A stretch of DNA of 64,000 nt, from contig CALMJU010000083.1 of NCBI GenBank assembly GCA_937864465.1, forward strand, positions 47,456 to 111,455, read 5' to 3'. This document shows positions 1 to 8,493 of this stretch, one piece after another. The first letter of the stretch is position 1, and the number at the start of each line of letters is the position of its first letter. A program made the position numbers and the translations under genes. Below the pieces are notes generated by a model. It worked only from the letters and a program-made list of their open reading frames with translations, was not told where the DNA came from and searched no databases. Origin of the DNA: an uncultured Acidobacteriota bacterium (lineage in GTDB: Bacteria; Acidobacteriota; Polarisedimenticolia; Polarisedimenticolales; JAIQFR01).

Positions 1-190
1 GGCGGCGGTTGCACGCGAAGCAGTAGCCGTTTCGCTCGAAGAACTCCACCATTTCCTGCTGCCACGCATCGATGATGGAGAGTCTGTCGAGCACGGTCAG
101 GCCGCCGGACACCACCGAGTCCGTCAACCAGCCTCGCATGTTCGACAGCGAGTCGTGATAGGCGCGCCGCACCTCGAAGATCGACCTCAT
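1..190 (-). CDS. hypothetical protein, N-terminal part only (gene runs off the left edge)
   Basis: Absent from the ORF track because it has no stop in the window. The reverse complement of 1-190 starts at ATG (190) and reads MRSIFEVRRAYHDSLSNMRGWLTDSVVSGGLTVLDRLSIIDAWQQEMVEFFERNGYCFACNRR without a stop. Third positions are G/C-rich. A GGGGGGGAG run lies directly upstream (191-200 on the plus strand). No family recognised. Confidence 0.5.
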   Translation of the reverse strand, partial: MRSIFEVRRAYHDSLSNMRGWLTDSVVSGGLTVLDRLSIIDAWQQEMVEFFERNGYCFACNRR

Positions 191-579
191 CTCCCCCCCG
201 GTCGCGATCTCCGCGCTCCGCTCTGCGATTCGCTGCATGCCGATTCGAATCTACCGTCATCCCGCCCCGGCCCTCCCGGAGCCGGGCACTCTCCGCGGAT
301 TCTGCGCCGCAGCGGCCCCGAACCGCCCCGTGCGCGGGAGGCCGGGAGGCTCCTCCGACAGCCTGTGGAAAAGCTGTGCATCCCGCCGGACGCTCGCCGG
401 CCGGGCGCCGCGCCCGGGCCGCGGCGCCCTCGGGGCCGGAGCGGGGCAAGTCGCATCCCGTCAACGGGTCAACGGCTTTGGTGGGCCGGCGACCTCCGCT
501 TTTCGACGAGACGCGAAAGTGGCTCCGGGATTTCCACAGGGGCCCGCGACGCTCGCGTGGCCGGGCCGCCGCCGAGCGG

Positions 580-1755
580 TCAGGCGAGGAACTCGCGCAG
601 CTGGGAGCATTCCTGCGCCGACTGGATCTTCCGGAGCGCCGTCGCCTCGATCTGCCGGACCCGCTCCCGGGACAGGCCCATCACGCGGCCGATCTCCTCG
701 AGCGTGTACGGCATGTCGCGGCCGATCCCGAAGCGCAGGCGGACGATCTCCTCCTCGCGCGGGTTGAGGACGCGCAGGGTCTTCTGGATCTTCTCGCGCA
801 GCTCCCGGTCCACGGTCCGGTCGAGCGGCGACTGGGCGTTCGGATCCGCCACGAAGCGGAGCAACCCGGGACCGTCGTCGTCGGACGAGGAGACGTCCTC
901 GAGCGCCTGGGGCTCCTGCACGACGCCGAGGATCTCCTCGACCTTGGCCACGGGCATGCGCAGCTTCTTCGCGATCTCCTGCGGGGTCGGCTTCCGGCCG
1001 AGCGTCTCTCCCAGCTCCCGCGCGACACGGGCGATCTTCTTGATCTTCTCGTTCACGTGCACGGGGATCCGGATGATCCGCGCCTTGTCGGCGATGGCGC
1101 GCTCGATCGCCTGCTTGATCCACCAGTAGGCGTAGGTGGAGAACTTGTTCCCCCGCTCGTACTCGAACTTCTCGACGGCCTTCATGAGGCCGATGTTCCC
1201 CTCCTGGATCAGGTCCATGAAGGAGATCCCGTGGTTCAGGTACTTCTTCGCGATGTGCACGACCAGCCGCAGGTTCGCCAGGATCAGGGCGTCGCGCGCG
1301 TGATCGACGTGGCGCTTGTGCTCGAGGGCGGACCGGACGAGGGCGGCGAGCTTCGGATCGCGGAACTCCCTCTCGTACCGGAAGAGACGCGTGCAGAAGG
1401 ACTCCATCTGGTCGAGGGGCCATTCCCGGCCCCGCTTCGGCCCCGCGAGGCCTCCCTCGAGGACGTGCTCCCGGCAGGACGCGGGAACCCGGATCGCGAT
1501 CCGAGCGAGGCCTTCCCGGCCGTCCTGGAGCTCGCGCGCCAGCTCGACCTCCCGGCCCTCGTCGATGAGAGGAGTCGCGCCCATCTCTCGCAGGTAGATC
1601 GGAAGGATCGCCGCCGTCGGCCGGTCCGCCTCGGCGTCGCGCTTGCGTCGCGCGAGGCGCTGCGCCGCCTCGACCTCGGCCTGCGCTTCCGCCACGGCCT
1701 CGGCCGAGTCGACGTCGAGGACCATCATCTCGTCCAGGATCGCGCTGCTCCTCAT
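580..1755 (-). CDS. RNA polymerase sigma-70 family factor, RpoD/SigA-like (group 1/2)
   Basis: C-terminal 391 aa of the 807-aa track ORF. Region 2 (FSTYAYWWIKQAIERAIADKARIIRIPVH), region 3 and region 4 (EEIGRVMGLSRERVRQIEATALRKI) are all clear. Start taken at ATG 1755 (MRSSAILDEMMVLD); ATGs at 1728 and 1725 are alternatives. The upstream part of the track ORF is antisense shadow of the CN-hydrolase gene. Confidence 0.9.
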   Translation of the reverse strand: MRSSAILDEMMVLDVDSAEAVAEAQAEVEAAQRLARRKRDAEADRPTAAILPIYLREMGATPLIDEGREVELARELQDGREGLARIAIRVPASCREHVLEGGLAGPKRGREWPLDQMESFCTRLFRYEREFRDPKLAALVRSALEHKRHVDHARDALILANLRLVVHIAKKYLNHGISFMDLIQEGNIGLMKAVEKFEYERGNKFSTYAYWWIKQAIERAIADKARIIRIPVHVNEKIKKIARVARELGETLGRKPTPQEIAKKLRMPVAKVEEILGVVQEPQALEDVSSSDDDGPGLLRFVADPNAQSPLDRTVDRELREKIQKTLRVLNPREEEIVRLRFGIGRDMPYTLEEIGRVMGLSRERVRQIEATALRKIQSAQECSQLREFLA

Positions 1756-2187
1756 CGCCCTCGAAACCTTCCTGCCGGCTCCGCCGTCCGGCCCTCCGGG
1801 ACTTCCGACTTTCGGGAAACCGCCGGCGGGATCTCGAGGGCGAATTCCCCGCCCCTCGGATTGCAGCCGCCTGCCCGTAGAGATGAAAGAATCGGGCCAC
1901 GGTTTCGCGACGCCCGAACGGAGATCGAGGACCCACATCAAGTCATTGTAAGAACACGACATCGATCTGCCGCGCGCTCGCGAGGGGCCGAGCGGCCTTG
2001 GAAAACCCTCCCGGGCCAATCCGGGCACTTTGGCGCACTTGGAAACCCAGGGCCCGGACCGTGCCGGTATGGCAGGGTCGTCGTCGCCGGGGACGCGAGC
2101 GGCACACCCGCCCCGCAAGCGGCCGAGCCCGAGGCGTGTGCTAGCCTGGGCGGGTCCGGCGCCATGGGGCCCGGCGAAGGGTGCGCG

Positions 2188-3099
2188 ATGAGGGACGCGC
2201 GGGTCGCCCTCGCACAGATCGAGCCGAAGCTCGGCGATCTCGAGGCGAACCTGGATCTGCACGCGAGCGCCGTGCGCGACGCCCGCCGCGCGGGGGCGGG
2301 TCTCGTCGTCTTCCCCGAGCTGTCGATGACCGGCTATCTCCTCCGGGATCAGGTCCCGGAGGTCGCGCTCCGCCCGGGTTCCCGGGAGCTCGCCCGCCTC
2401 GCCCGCCTGTCCCGCGGGATCGACGTCGTCGCGGGCTTCGTCGAGGAGACCCCGCGGCACCTCTACCACAACGCCGTGGCATACCTGAGCGAGGGGCGCG
2501 TCGTGCACGTGCACCGGAAGGTGTACGTCCCGACCTACGGCCTGTTCGAGGAGGGCCGCGACTTCGCTTCCGGCGACACCCTCCGCTCGTTCGACACGCG
2601 CTTCGGCCGGGCCGGGGTGCTCGTCTGCGAGGACTGCTGGCACCCCTCCTGCGCGTGGATCCTGGCGCAGCAGGGGATGGACGTCCTGATCGTGGCCAGC
2701 AGCGGTCCGACGCGGGGGGCCCGGCCGGGCGTGGGGATCACGAGCGTCGCCGTCTGGCGGGATCTGCTGCGCGCGACGGCCCGCTTCCAGACCTGTTTCG
2801 CCGTGTACGTGAACCGCGTGGGTTACGAGGACGGGCTCAACTTCGGAGGCGGGTCCCTCGCCGTCGACCCGTTCGGACGCGTGGTCGCCTCGGTTCCCGC
2901 GCTCGAGCCGGCGCTCGGGATCGCGACGCTCGAGGCGGAGGTGCTGCGCCGAGCCCGCCTCTCCTACCCTCTGCTGCGGGACGAGAACCTCGATCTCGTG
3001 CACCGGGAGGTCGAGAGGATCCGGCGGCTGCGCTACGACCTCCCCGGAGCGGGCAAGGAGGGCGGGACGGCCGCGGGCCGCGGCGGGCGAGACCGATGA
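2188..3099 (+). CDS. carbon-nitrogen hydrolase (nitrilase superfamily), probable glutaminase partner of NadE
   Basis: C-terminal 303 aa of the 907-aa track ORF: MRDARVALAQIEPKLGDLEANL, VVFPELSMTGY, HRKVYVPTY, VLVCEDCWHP (Glu-Lys-Cys CN-hydrolase pattern). GAAGGG lies 8 nt upstream of ATG 2188; in-frame ATG 2164 is an alternative start. The stop overlaps the nadE start (ATGA at 3096-3099). Confidence 0.85.
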   Translation: MRDARVALAQIEPKLGDLEANLDLHASAVRDARRAGAGLVVFPELSMTGYLLRDQVPEVALRPGSRELARLARLSRGIDVVAGFVEETPRHLYHNAVAYLSEGRVVHVHRKVYVPTYGLFEEGRDFASGDTLRSFDTRFGRAGVLVCEDCWHPSCAWILAQQGMDVLIVASSGPTRGARPGVGITSVAVWRDLLRATARFQTCFAVYVNRVGYEDGLNFGGGSLAVDPFGRVVASVPALEPALGIATLEAEVLRRARLSYPLLRDENLDLVHREVERIRRLRYDLPGAGKEGGTAAGRGGRDR

Positions 3100-3959
3100 A
3101 GCGCGAGCCGCGCCGGCCCGGCCGCGCCGGATCCGCGGAGCCGGACCTCTCGCTCGACCGGGACCTGACGACCCGGATCCTGACCGGGTTCATCCGCTCC
3201 GAGGTCCTCCGAACGGGCCGCTCCCGGGTCGTGCTCGGCCTCTCCGGAGGGATCGACTCGGCGGTGGCGGCGTACCTCGCGGCGAAAGCGCTCGGCCCCC
3301 AGGGTGTGATCGCGGCGCTTCTCCCCTACCGCACGAGCAGCCCAGACTCCCTGCGCGACGCCGAGCGGGTGATCGGGGCTCTGGGGATCGTCGGCGAGAG
3401 AATCGACATCACCCCCGTCGTGGACGGGTTCGCGGCGGCGGCGGGGCGCGTGGGCCGACTCCGCCTCGGGAACGTGATGGCCCGCGTGCGAATGACGGTG
3501 CTCTACGACCGCTCGGAGCACCATCACGCGCTGGTTCTCGGCACGAGCAACAAGACGGAGATCCTGCTCGGATACGGGACCCTCTGGGGGGACCTCGCGT
3601 CGGCGATCAACCCGCTCGGCGATCTCTACAAGACTCAGGTCCGCGAGCTGGCCGCCCACCTCCGGGTCCCCGCGTCGATCCGGCGCAAGCCGCCCTCCGC
3701 CGACCTGTGGCCGAGCCAGGCGGACGAGACCGATCTCGGGTTCTCCTACGACCGCGTGGATCGGCTCCTGGCGCTCCTGGTGGACTCCAGGCTCTCCCCC
3801 GACGCCTGCGTCGCGGCCGGATTCGAGCCGGAGCTCGTCGCCCGGGTCGGCCGCCTCGTGGTCCGCTCCCAGTTCAAGAGGCGGCTCCCGGTGATCGCCA
3901 AGGTCTCCACCCGCACGGTCGGGTGGGATTTCCGCTACCCCCGCGACTGGAAGAGCTGA
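3096..3959 (+). CDS. nadE: NAD+ synthetase (single-domain NadE)
   Basis: SGGIDS P-loop (VVLGLSGGIDSAVAAYLA), GTSNKTE, and the INPLGDLYKTQVRELA motif. 287 aa. The ATG overlaps the upstream stop by 4 nt. Confidence 0.9.
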   Translation: MKREPRRPGRAGSAEPDLSLDRDLTTRILTGFIRSEVLRTGRSRVVLGLSGGIDSAVAAYLAAKALGPQGVIAALLPYRTSSPDSLRDAERVIGALGIVGERIDITPVVDGFAAAAGRVGRLRLGNVMARVRMTVLYDRSEHHHALVLGTSNKTEILLGYGTLWGDLASAINPLGDLYKTQVRELAAHLRVPASIRRKPPSADLWPSQADETDLGFSYDRVDRLLALLVDSRLSPDACVAAGFEPELVARVGRLVVRSQFKRRLPVIAKVSTRTVGWDFRYPRDWKS

Positions 3960-3962
3960 GCC

Positions 3963-3983
3963 GGGGCGGAGCCGTCCCGCCCC
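3963..3983. terminator. GC hairpin between convergent nadE and the cytochrome gene (possible bidirectional terminator)
   Basis: GGGGCGG (3963-3969), a 7-nt loop, then CCGCCCC (3977-3983): a perfect 7-bp stem inside the 32-nt convergent gap. No U-tract on either side. Confidence 0.3.
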
Positions 3984-3991
3984 CGACCCCG

Positions 3992-4468
3992 TCACTCCGC
4001 GCGGGGCGCCTGCCCTTCCTTCACCGGGGGAGCGGTCGGAGCGGGAGTCCCCGGAATCCCCTGCCTCCGGGCGATCTCGTGGCACGTCCGGCAGCTCTTG
4101 TGGATCCATCGAAGCTGATCGAACGCTCGCTCGTCGAGGCCGCGGCCGGAGAACTCGCGCGCCACGTCGAGCGCCTTGTGGAAGGCCTCGTCGAAGAGGA
4201 CGATCTCCGACGGATAGGCGACCGCCTCGTCGAGGGCCAGGCGCCGGCAGCCCGTCTCCACTCGATCGAGAGCGGCGCGCGCTCCCACGAGGTCGGACCT
4301 CAGGAACGCGCGGGTCGCGTCGAGGACCGCGTCCTCGAGCTCGGCGGGATCCTCGTGGACCGGGATGGGGCGGGGCGCATCCGCCGCCCCGCCGGCGGCG
4401 AGCGGGCCCGAGGCGAGGACGATCGCCAGGGCCGCCGTCGCCGCGCTCACCACGCTCGCAAGCGTCAT
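3992..4468 (-). CDS. class II (cytochrome c-prime-like) c-type cytochrome, secreted
   Basis: A single CRTCH heme-binding motif close to the C-terminus of a helical roughly 150-aa protein, which is the class II layout. Signal-like N-terminus MTLASVVSAATAALAIVLASG. GGAGGGAAG lies directly upstream of ATG 4468, which I prefer over the track start at 4507. Confidence 0.75.
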   Translation of the reverse strand: MTLASVVSAATAALAIVLASGPLAAGGAADAPRPIPVHEDPAELEDAVLDATRAFLRSDLVGARAALDRVETGCRRLALDEAVAYPSEIVLFDEAFHKALDVAREFSGRGLDERAFDQLRWIHKSCRTCHEIARRQGIPGTPAPTAPPVKEGQAPRAE

Positions 4469-4563
4469 CTTCCCTCCGCCGCCGCCGGCGCGCGCCGGGC
4501 CTCTCATACTAACCTCGCCGGGGCCGCGGGTCGAACCGAGGAGGTCCGAGGCCGCGCCGGTGT

Positions 4564-4569
4564 TACCAT
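4564..4569 (+). promoter_or_regulatory. possible -10 box (TACCAT) placed for a leaderless rsmI transcript
   Basis: TACCAT sits 6 nt before the GTG start at 4576, with no Shine-Dalgarno sequence in between. Weak. Confidence 0.2.
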
Positions 4570-4575
4570 CGCGTC

Positions 4576-5430
4576 GTGCCCGGTACCCTCCACGTCGTGG
4601 CGACGCCGCTCGGGAACCTCGAGGATCTCTCCCCCCGCGCGGCGCGGGTGCTCGGCTCCGTGGCCTGCGTCGCCTGCGAGGACACGCGCCGCACGGGGCG
4701 CATGCTCGCGCGTCTCGGGATCGAGGCGCGGCGAACGGTTTCGTGCCACAAGTTCAACGAGCGCGCCCGCCTCGAGCCGATCCTTCGCATGCTGCGCCGG
4801 GGAGAGGACGTGGCGCTGGTGAGCGACGGGGGCACGCCCGGCATCTCGGACCCGGGCTCCGTCCTCGTGCGTGCGGCCCTCGACGAGGGAATCCGGGTCT
4901 GCCCCGTTCCCGGACCGTCCGCCGTCGCCGCGATCCTGTCGGCGGCGGGCCTTCCCGCGGACCGGTTCGTGTTCGAAGGCTTCCTCCCCCACCGGGCGGG
5001 CGAAAGGAGGCGGCGGCTGCGGGAGCTGCGGGACGAGCCCCGGACCGTCGTCGTGTTCGAGACGCCGCACCGGATCCGCGAGGCCCTCCGGGATCTCGAG
5101 TCGGTGTTCGGGGAGCGCCGCGTCGTTCTCGGCCGGGAGATCACGAAGCTCCACGAGACGGTGATCGCGGGGAGCGCGTCGGAGGTTCTCGCGGCCCTGG
5201 GGGAAGAGACGGTCCGCGGAGAGATCGCGATCGCGGTCCAGGGGGCGTCCCCGGGCCGGGACGGCGCGAAGGCCCGCGACGACGCGTCGCGCCTGCGGGA
5301 GGCGTGGCGCGAAGCGCTCGCGGCCTGCCCCGGCGATCGCAGGAGCGCGCTGCGCCGGGCCGCGAGGAGCCTCGGGCTCGACCGCTCCGAGCTCTATCGC
5401 CGGCTCGCGGAGATCGGAGAGGATCTCTAG
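4576..5430 (+). CDS. rsmI: 16S rRNA (cytidine1402-2'-O)-methyltransferase
   Basis: TLHVVATPLGNLEDLSPRA, CEDTRRTG, LVSDGGTPGISDPG, VPGPSA and EGFLP are the typical RsmI / tetrapyrrole-methylase-fold motifs. GTG start. Confidence 0.9.
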   Translation: MPGTLHVVATPLGNLEDLSPRAARVLGSVACVACEDTRRTGRMLARLGIEARRTVSCHKFNERARLEPILRMLRRGEDVALVSDGGTPGISDPGSVLVRAALDEGIRVCPVPGPSAVAAILSAAGLPADRFVFEGFLPHRAGERRRRLRELRDEPRTVVVFETPHRIREALRDLESVFGERRVVLGREITKLHETVIAGSASEVLAALGEETVRGEIAIAVQGASPGRDGAKARDDASRLREAWREALAACPGDRRSALRRAARSLGLDRSELYRRLAEIGEDL

Positions 5431-6212
5431 GAGGACCGGGGCGAGGACCCCCCGGCGGCCGCGCCGGGCTCGGCGCCCGGCGCTGACCCGGTCGCTCGCC
5501 TCCGCCCGGAGGAAGAGGGGTCGTACTCGAACTTGAGGCAGCACATCAGCCGCCCGCACGTGCCCGAGATCTTCGCGGGGTTGAGCGACAGCCCCTGCGT
5601 CTTGGCCATCTTGATCGACACGGGATCGAAGCCGCGGATCCACTCCACGCAGCACAGCACGCGCCCGCAGACCCCGCACCCCCCGAGCATGCCCGCGTCG
5701 TCGCGCGCCCCGATCTGCCGAAGCTCGACCCGGGTGTGGAACTGGGTCGTCAGGTCCCGCACGAGCTCGCGGAAATCCACACGCCCGTCGGCCGTGAAGT
5801 GGAACGTCATCTTCTTCCCGTCGAGCTGGCGCTCGACGTGCCCCAGCCTCATCGAAAGGCGGTGCTCCTCGATCCGCGCGAGACAGAAGGTCCGCCCCTC
5901 GCGCTCGATCGACACCTTGTGCGCGTACGCCTCCTCGTCGTCGCGGGTCGCTCGCCGCAGGACGCGCGGGAGCGGGCCGTCGGACTCCCGCCGCAGGGGG
6001 TTCGACACGGCGGGCCGGGCGACCAACCCGAACTCGATCCCTCGCTCCGACTCGATGATGCAGTCGTCCCCGGCGGCCAGGTCGAGACCGTTGGCGAGGC
6101 AGGTGACGCACCTCCCCGTCGGCGGGATTCGCACGACTACGACGTCCAAGGGCTCCCTCTCGACCGGTCGAGCGCGAGACGAAACGAGCCTCCGGCCGGG
6201 CTTCCGCGCCAA
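5427..6212 (-). CDS. PSP1 domain protein (RicT/YaaT-like)
   Basis: PSP1 C-terminal domain: FHFTADGRVDFRELVRDL, VELRQIGARD, the Cys cluster GGCGVCGRVLCC, and GTCGRLMCCLKFE. The start may be downstream of 6212, because the Arg-rich N-terminal 20 aa look atypical. Confidence 0.85.
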   Translation of the reverse strand: MARKPGRRLVSSRARPVEREPLDVVVVRIPPTGRCVTCLANGLDLAAGDDCIIESERGIEFGLVARPAVSNPLRRESDGPLPRVLRRATRDDEEAYAHKVSIEREGRTFCLARIEEHRLSMRLGHVERQLDGKKMTFHFTADGRVDFRELVRDLTTQFHTRVELRQIGARDDAGMLGGCGVCGRVLCCVEWIRGFDPVSIKMAKTQGLSLNPAKISGTCGRLMCCLKFEYDPSSSGRRRATGSAPGAEPGAAAGGSSPRSS

Positions 6213-6255
6213 TATAGCACCGCCCCCGCGGCGGCGAGGAGCGGTACGCGCACCC

Positions 6256-6264
6256 TGCTATACT
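6256..6264 (+). promoter_or_regulatory. putative extended -10 promoter element (TGcTATACT) for smpB
   Basis: TGCTATACT lies 30 nt upstream of the smpB ATG. A/T-rich hexamers are rare in this GC background. Confidence 0.3.
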
Positions 6265-6294
6265 CCCCCGGCGTCGCGCGGCGAGGTCGGAACG

Positions 6295-6774
6295 ATGGCC
6301 AGGGCGGGAAGGCAGCGGAGCGAGAACCCGGTCCTGGCGTCCAACCGCGCGGCCCACCACGAGTATCACCTCCTCGAGCGGATCGAGGCGGGAATCGCGC
6401 TGACCGGCCCGGAGGTCAAGTCGGTCCGGGACGGGCGCGTGAGCCTCAAGGAGGCCTACGCGAAGATCCGCGACGGCGAGGCGTTCCTGCTCGACGCCCA
6501 CATCTCCCCCTATCTTCCCGGGAGCCGAGACAACCTCGACCCCGCGAGACCGCGCAAGCTGCTCCTCCACGCCCGCGAGATCCGGAAGCTCGAGCGTGCG
6601 AGCGAATCCTCGGGCATGACGCTGGTCGCGACCCGCATGTACCTCAAGGGAGGGCGGATCAAGGTCGAGATCGCCCTGGCGAAGGGGAAGAAGGCGTACG
6701 ACAAGCGCGAGGCCGGCCGCCGGGAAGAGGCGCGGAGGGAGATCGAGCGCGCGCGCGGCGCGGTGCGGCGCTGA
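6295..6774 (+). CDS. smpB: SsrA-binding protein
   Basis: NRAAHHEYHLLERIEAGIALTGPEVKS, GEAFLLDAHISPY, RKLLLHAREIRKL, and a basic C-terminal tail. 159 aa. Confidence 0.93.
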   Translation: MARAGRQRSENPVLASNRAAHHEYHLLERIEAGIALTGPEVKSVRDGRVSLKEAYAKIRDGEAFLLDAHISPYLPGSRDNLDPARPRKLLLHAREIRKLERASESSGMTLVATRMYLKGGRIKVEIALAKGKKAYDKREAGRREEARREIERARGAVRR

Positions 6775-6778
6775 GGCG

Positions 6779-7435
6779 TCAGGCCCCTCCGGACGTCTTC
6801 CGGACCAGCTGCTTGATCTCCGCGTTGTCGCCCCCGACCTGGGCCTGGCAGAGGACGGCCACCATCGAGTCGGGATCCTCGGGGATCTCGATCGTGGCTT
6901 CGACGCGTCCGTCCGCGGCGGTCGCGCCCGAGAACAGCTCCCGGGGCCGCTCCCTCGTCGTCAGGAGCTTCACGACGACGCGCGCTCCCGCCACGGGGCT
7001 CTCCGTCTCCTCGGCGACGACGCGAAGCCGGAGCGTCGGCTGGGTCCCCTCCTCGAGCGTCCGCTGCTCCTCCATCTCGAGGCGGATCCGGCTGATTCCG
7101 CTCTGGCCGGACAGGTAGTCGAGCACGACCTCGTCGAGGCTCCGGTTCGTGATGATGTTGTACCCGAACGGCTTGGGCCCCTCCGGGTCGTAGCGTCCGC
7201 TCATCACCTCGCGGATGACGGCCTGATGCTGCGCCTCCATCCGGCGATGGAGCTCGGTCTCGGAGTAGAGGGACGGCTCCGCGATGTCGCCGTAGGAGCT
7301 CCTCTGGGAGCCCACGATCTCCCCCGCCGCGTAGACGAGGCTCTCGACGACGGGGTTCAAGAGCCCCTTGTCCTCCGTCTGAACGTGGAACACCCTCCCC
7401 TCGTACTCCACGTCCGTGTTGAAGCCCGTGAGCAT
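6779..7435 (-). CDS. hypothetical protein
   Basis: 218-aa ORF with coherent high-GC3 codon usage. The N-terminus MLTGFNTDVEYEGRVFHVQTEDKG looks like a conserved domain I cannot name. It fills the gap between smpB and the ABC operon exactly. Confidence 0.6.
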   Translation of the reverse strand: MLTGFNTDVEYEGRVFHVQTEDKGLLNPVVESLVYAAGEIVGSQRSSYGDIAEPSLYSETELHRRMEAQHQAVIREVMSGRYDPEGPKPFGYNIITNRSLDEVVLDYLSGQSGISRIRLEMEEQRTLEEGTQPTLRLRVVAEETESPVAGARVVVKLLTTRERPRELFSGATAADGRVEATIEIPEDPDSMVAVLCQAQVGGDNAEIKQLVRKTSGGA

Positions 7436-7526
7436 CGCGCGCCGATTATCCGGAACCGGAAGCCCCGATGCAATCCCCCGCGGCCGCGGCCCGCCCGGAG
7501 CCGCTGCGATTCCGGCCGCCCCCCCG

Positions 7527-7532
7527 TATAAT
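7527..7532 (+). promoter_or_regulatory. putative -10 box (TATAAT) for the ABC-2 operon
   Basis: A perfect TATAAT lies 50 nt upstream of ATG 7582, preceded by a C7 run (7519-7525). The -35 element is poor (CTGCGA). Confidence 0.35.
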
Positions 7533-7546
7533 CCGCCGAACGGCCT

Positions 7547-7568
7547 CGGACGGGCGCGTACCCGTCCG
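7547..7568 (+). promoter_or_regulatory. 5'-leader hairpin abutting the Shine-Dalgarno sequence of the ABC ATPase gene
   Basis: CGGACGGG (7547-7554), loop cgcgta, CCCGTCCG (7561-7568): a perfect 8-bp stem. Its 3' arm runs into GGAGGGGAGGAGG (7568-7580). Confidence 0.3.
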
Positions 7569-7581
7569 GAGGGGAGGAGGA

Positions 7582-8493
7582 ATGGAGACGGCGGTTTCGC
7601 TCCGCGACGTCGCGAAGGTGTTCGGGAGCTTCCGCGCCGTGGACGGCGTCTCGTTCGACGTCCCCCGCGGCGACATCTTCGGGATTCTCGGCCCCAACGG
7701 CGCCGGGAAGACGACGACGATCCGGATGATCATGGACATCCTCCGTCCCGACGAGGGGGAGATCCGGGTCCTCGGGGAGAGGCTCGGCGACGGCCTGAAG
7801 GACCGGATCGGTTACCTCCCCGAGGAGCGCGGCCTGTACCGGAAGATGAAGGTCGCCGAGATGCTCGAGTTCCACGGAGCGATCAAGGGGATGTCCCGGA
7901 CGGAGGCCCGGAGGGCGGCGCTCCTCTGGCTCGACCGCCTGCAGCTCGGGGAATGGAAGGAGCGCAAGGTCGAGGAGCTGTCGAAGGGGATGCAGCAGAA
8001 GGCGCAGTTCGTGGCCGCGGTGCTGGCGAAACCGGATCTCCTCGTCCTCGACGAGCCGTTCTCGGGGATGGACCCCGTGAACCAGAGCCTGTTCAAGGAC
8101 GTGATCCTCGACCTTAACCGGACCGGGACCACGATCCTCTTCTCGACGCATCAGATGGAGACCGCCGAGAAGCTCTGCCGGCGCATCGTGCTGATCGACC
8201 ACGGAAAGGTCGTGCGCGAGGGAGTCCTCGCCGAGATCAAGGCGGGCTTCGGCCGGAGCTCGGTCCTCCTCGAGTTCGACGGGGACGGCGGGTTCCTCAG
8301 GTGGCTTCCGCACGTGATCGGAGTGGACGACTACGGGCAGAGCGTCGAGGTCCTTCTGGAGCCGGGCGCGGACCCCCAGAAGCTCCTCGCAGAGGCGTCC
8401 TCGAAGCTCCGCATCCGGAGATTCGAGGTCGTCTCCCCGACGCTCCACAGCATCTTCATCGCGCTGGTCGGAGGGGAGAGCCCCCATGCATAA
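7582..8493 (+). CDS. ABC transporter ATP-binding protein (ABC-2/NatA-like)
   Basis: Walker A GPNGAGKTT, signature LSKGMQQK, Walker B LLVLDEP, and a C-terminal NatA-type domain. GGAGGAGG lies upstream of ATG 7582. Confidence 0.9.
   Translation: METAVSLRDVAKVFGSFRAVDGVSFDVPRGDIFGILGPNGAGKTTTIRMIMDILRPDEGEIRVLGERLGDGLKDRIGYLPEERGLYRKMKVAEMLEFHGAIKGMSRTEARRAALLWLDRLQLGEWKERKVEELSKGMQQKAQFVAAVLAKPDLLVLDEPFSGMDPVNQSLFKDVILDLNRTGTTILFSTHQMETAEKLCRRIVLIDHGKVVREGVLAEIKAGFGRSSVLLEFDGDGGFLRWLPHVIGVDDYGQSVEVLLEPGADPQKLLAEASSKLRIRRFEVVSPTLHSIFIALVGGESPHA

Noticed and set aside
2021-2045. Sigma54-like sequence GGGCACTTTGGCGCACTTGGAAA upstream of the CN-hydrolase/nadE pair.
   Set aside because: The GG-to-GC spacing is one nucleotide short of the TGGCAC-N5-TTGC consensus and the -12 element is poor. 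There is no enhancer-binding protein gene nearby.
376-2187. N-terminal 604 aa of the 907-aa track ORF that ends in the CN-hydrolase; likewise the N-terminal halves of ORFs 580-3003, 2181-3959, 11569-13905, 32320-34905 and 49204-50910.
   Set aside because: Only the C-terminal parts have family motifs and a Shine-Dalgarno-preceded internal start. The upstream parts are antisense to other real genes. These are open simply because stop codons are rare at this GC content.
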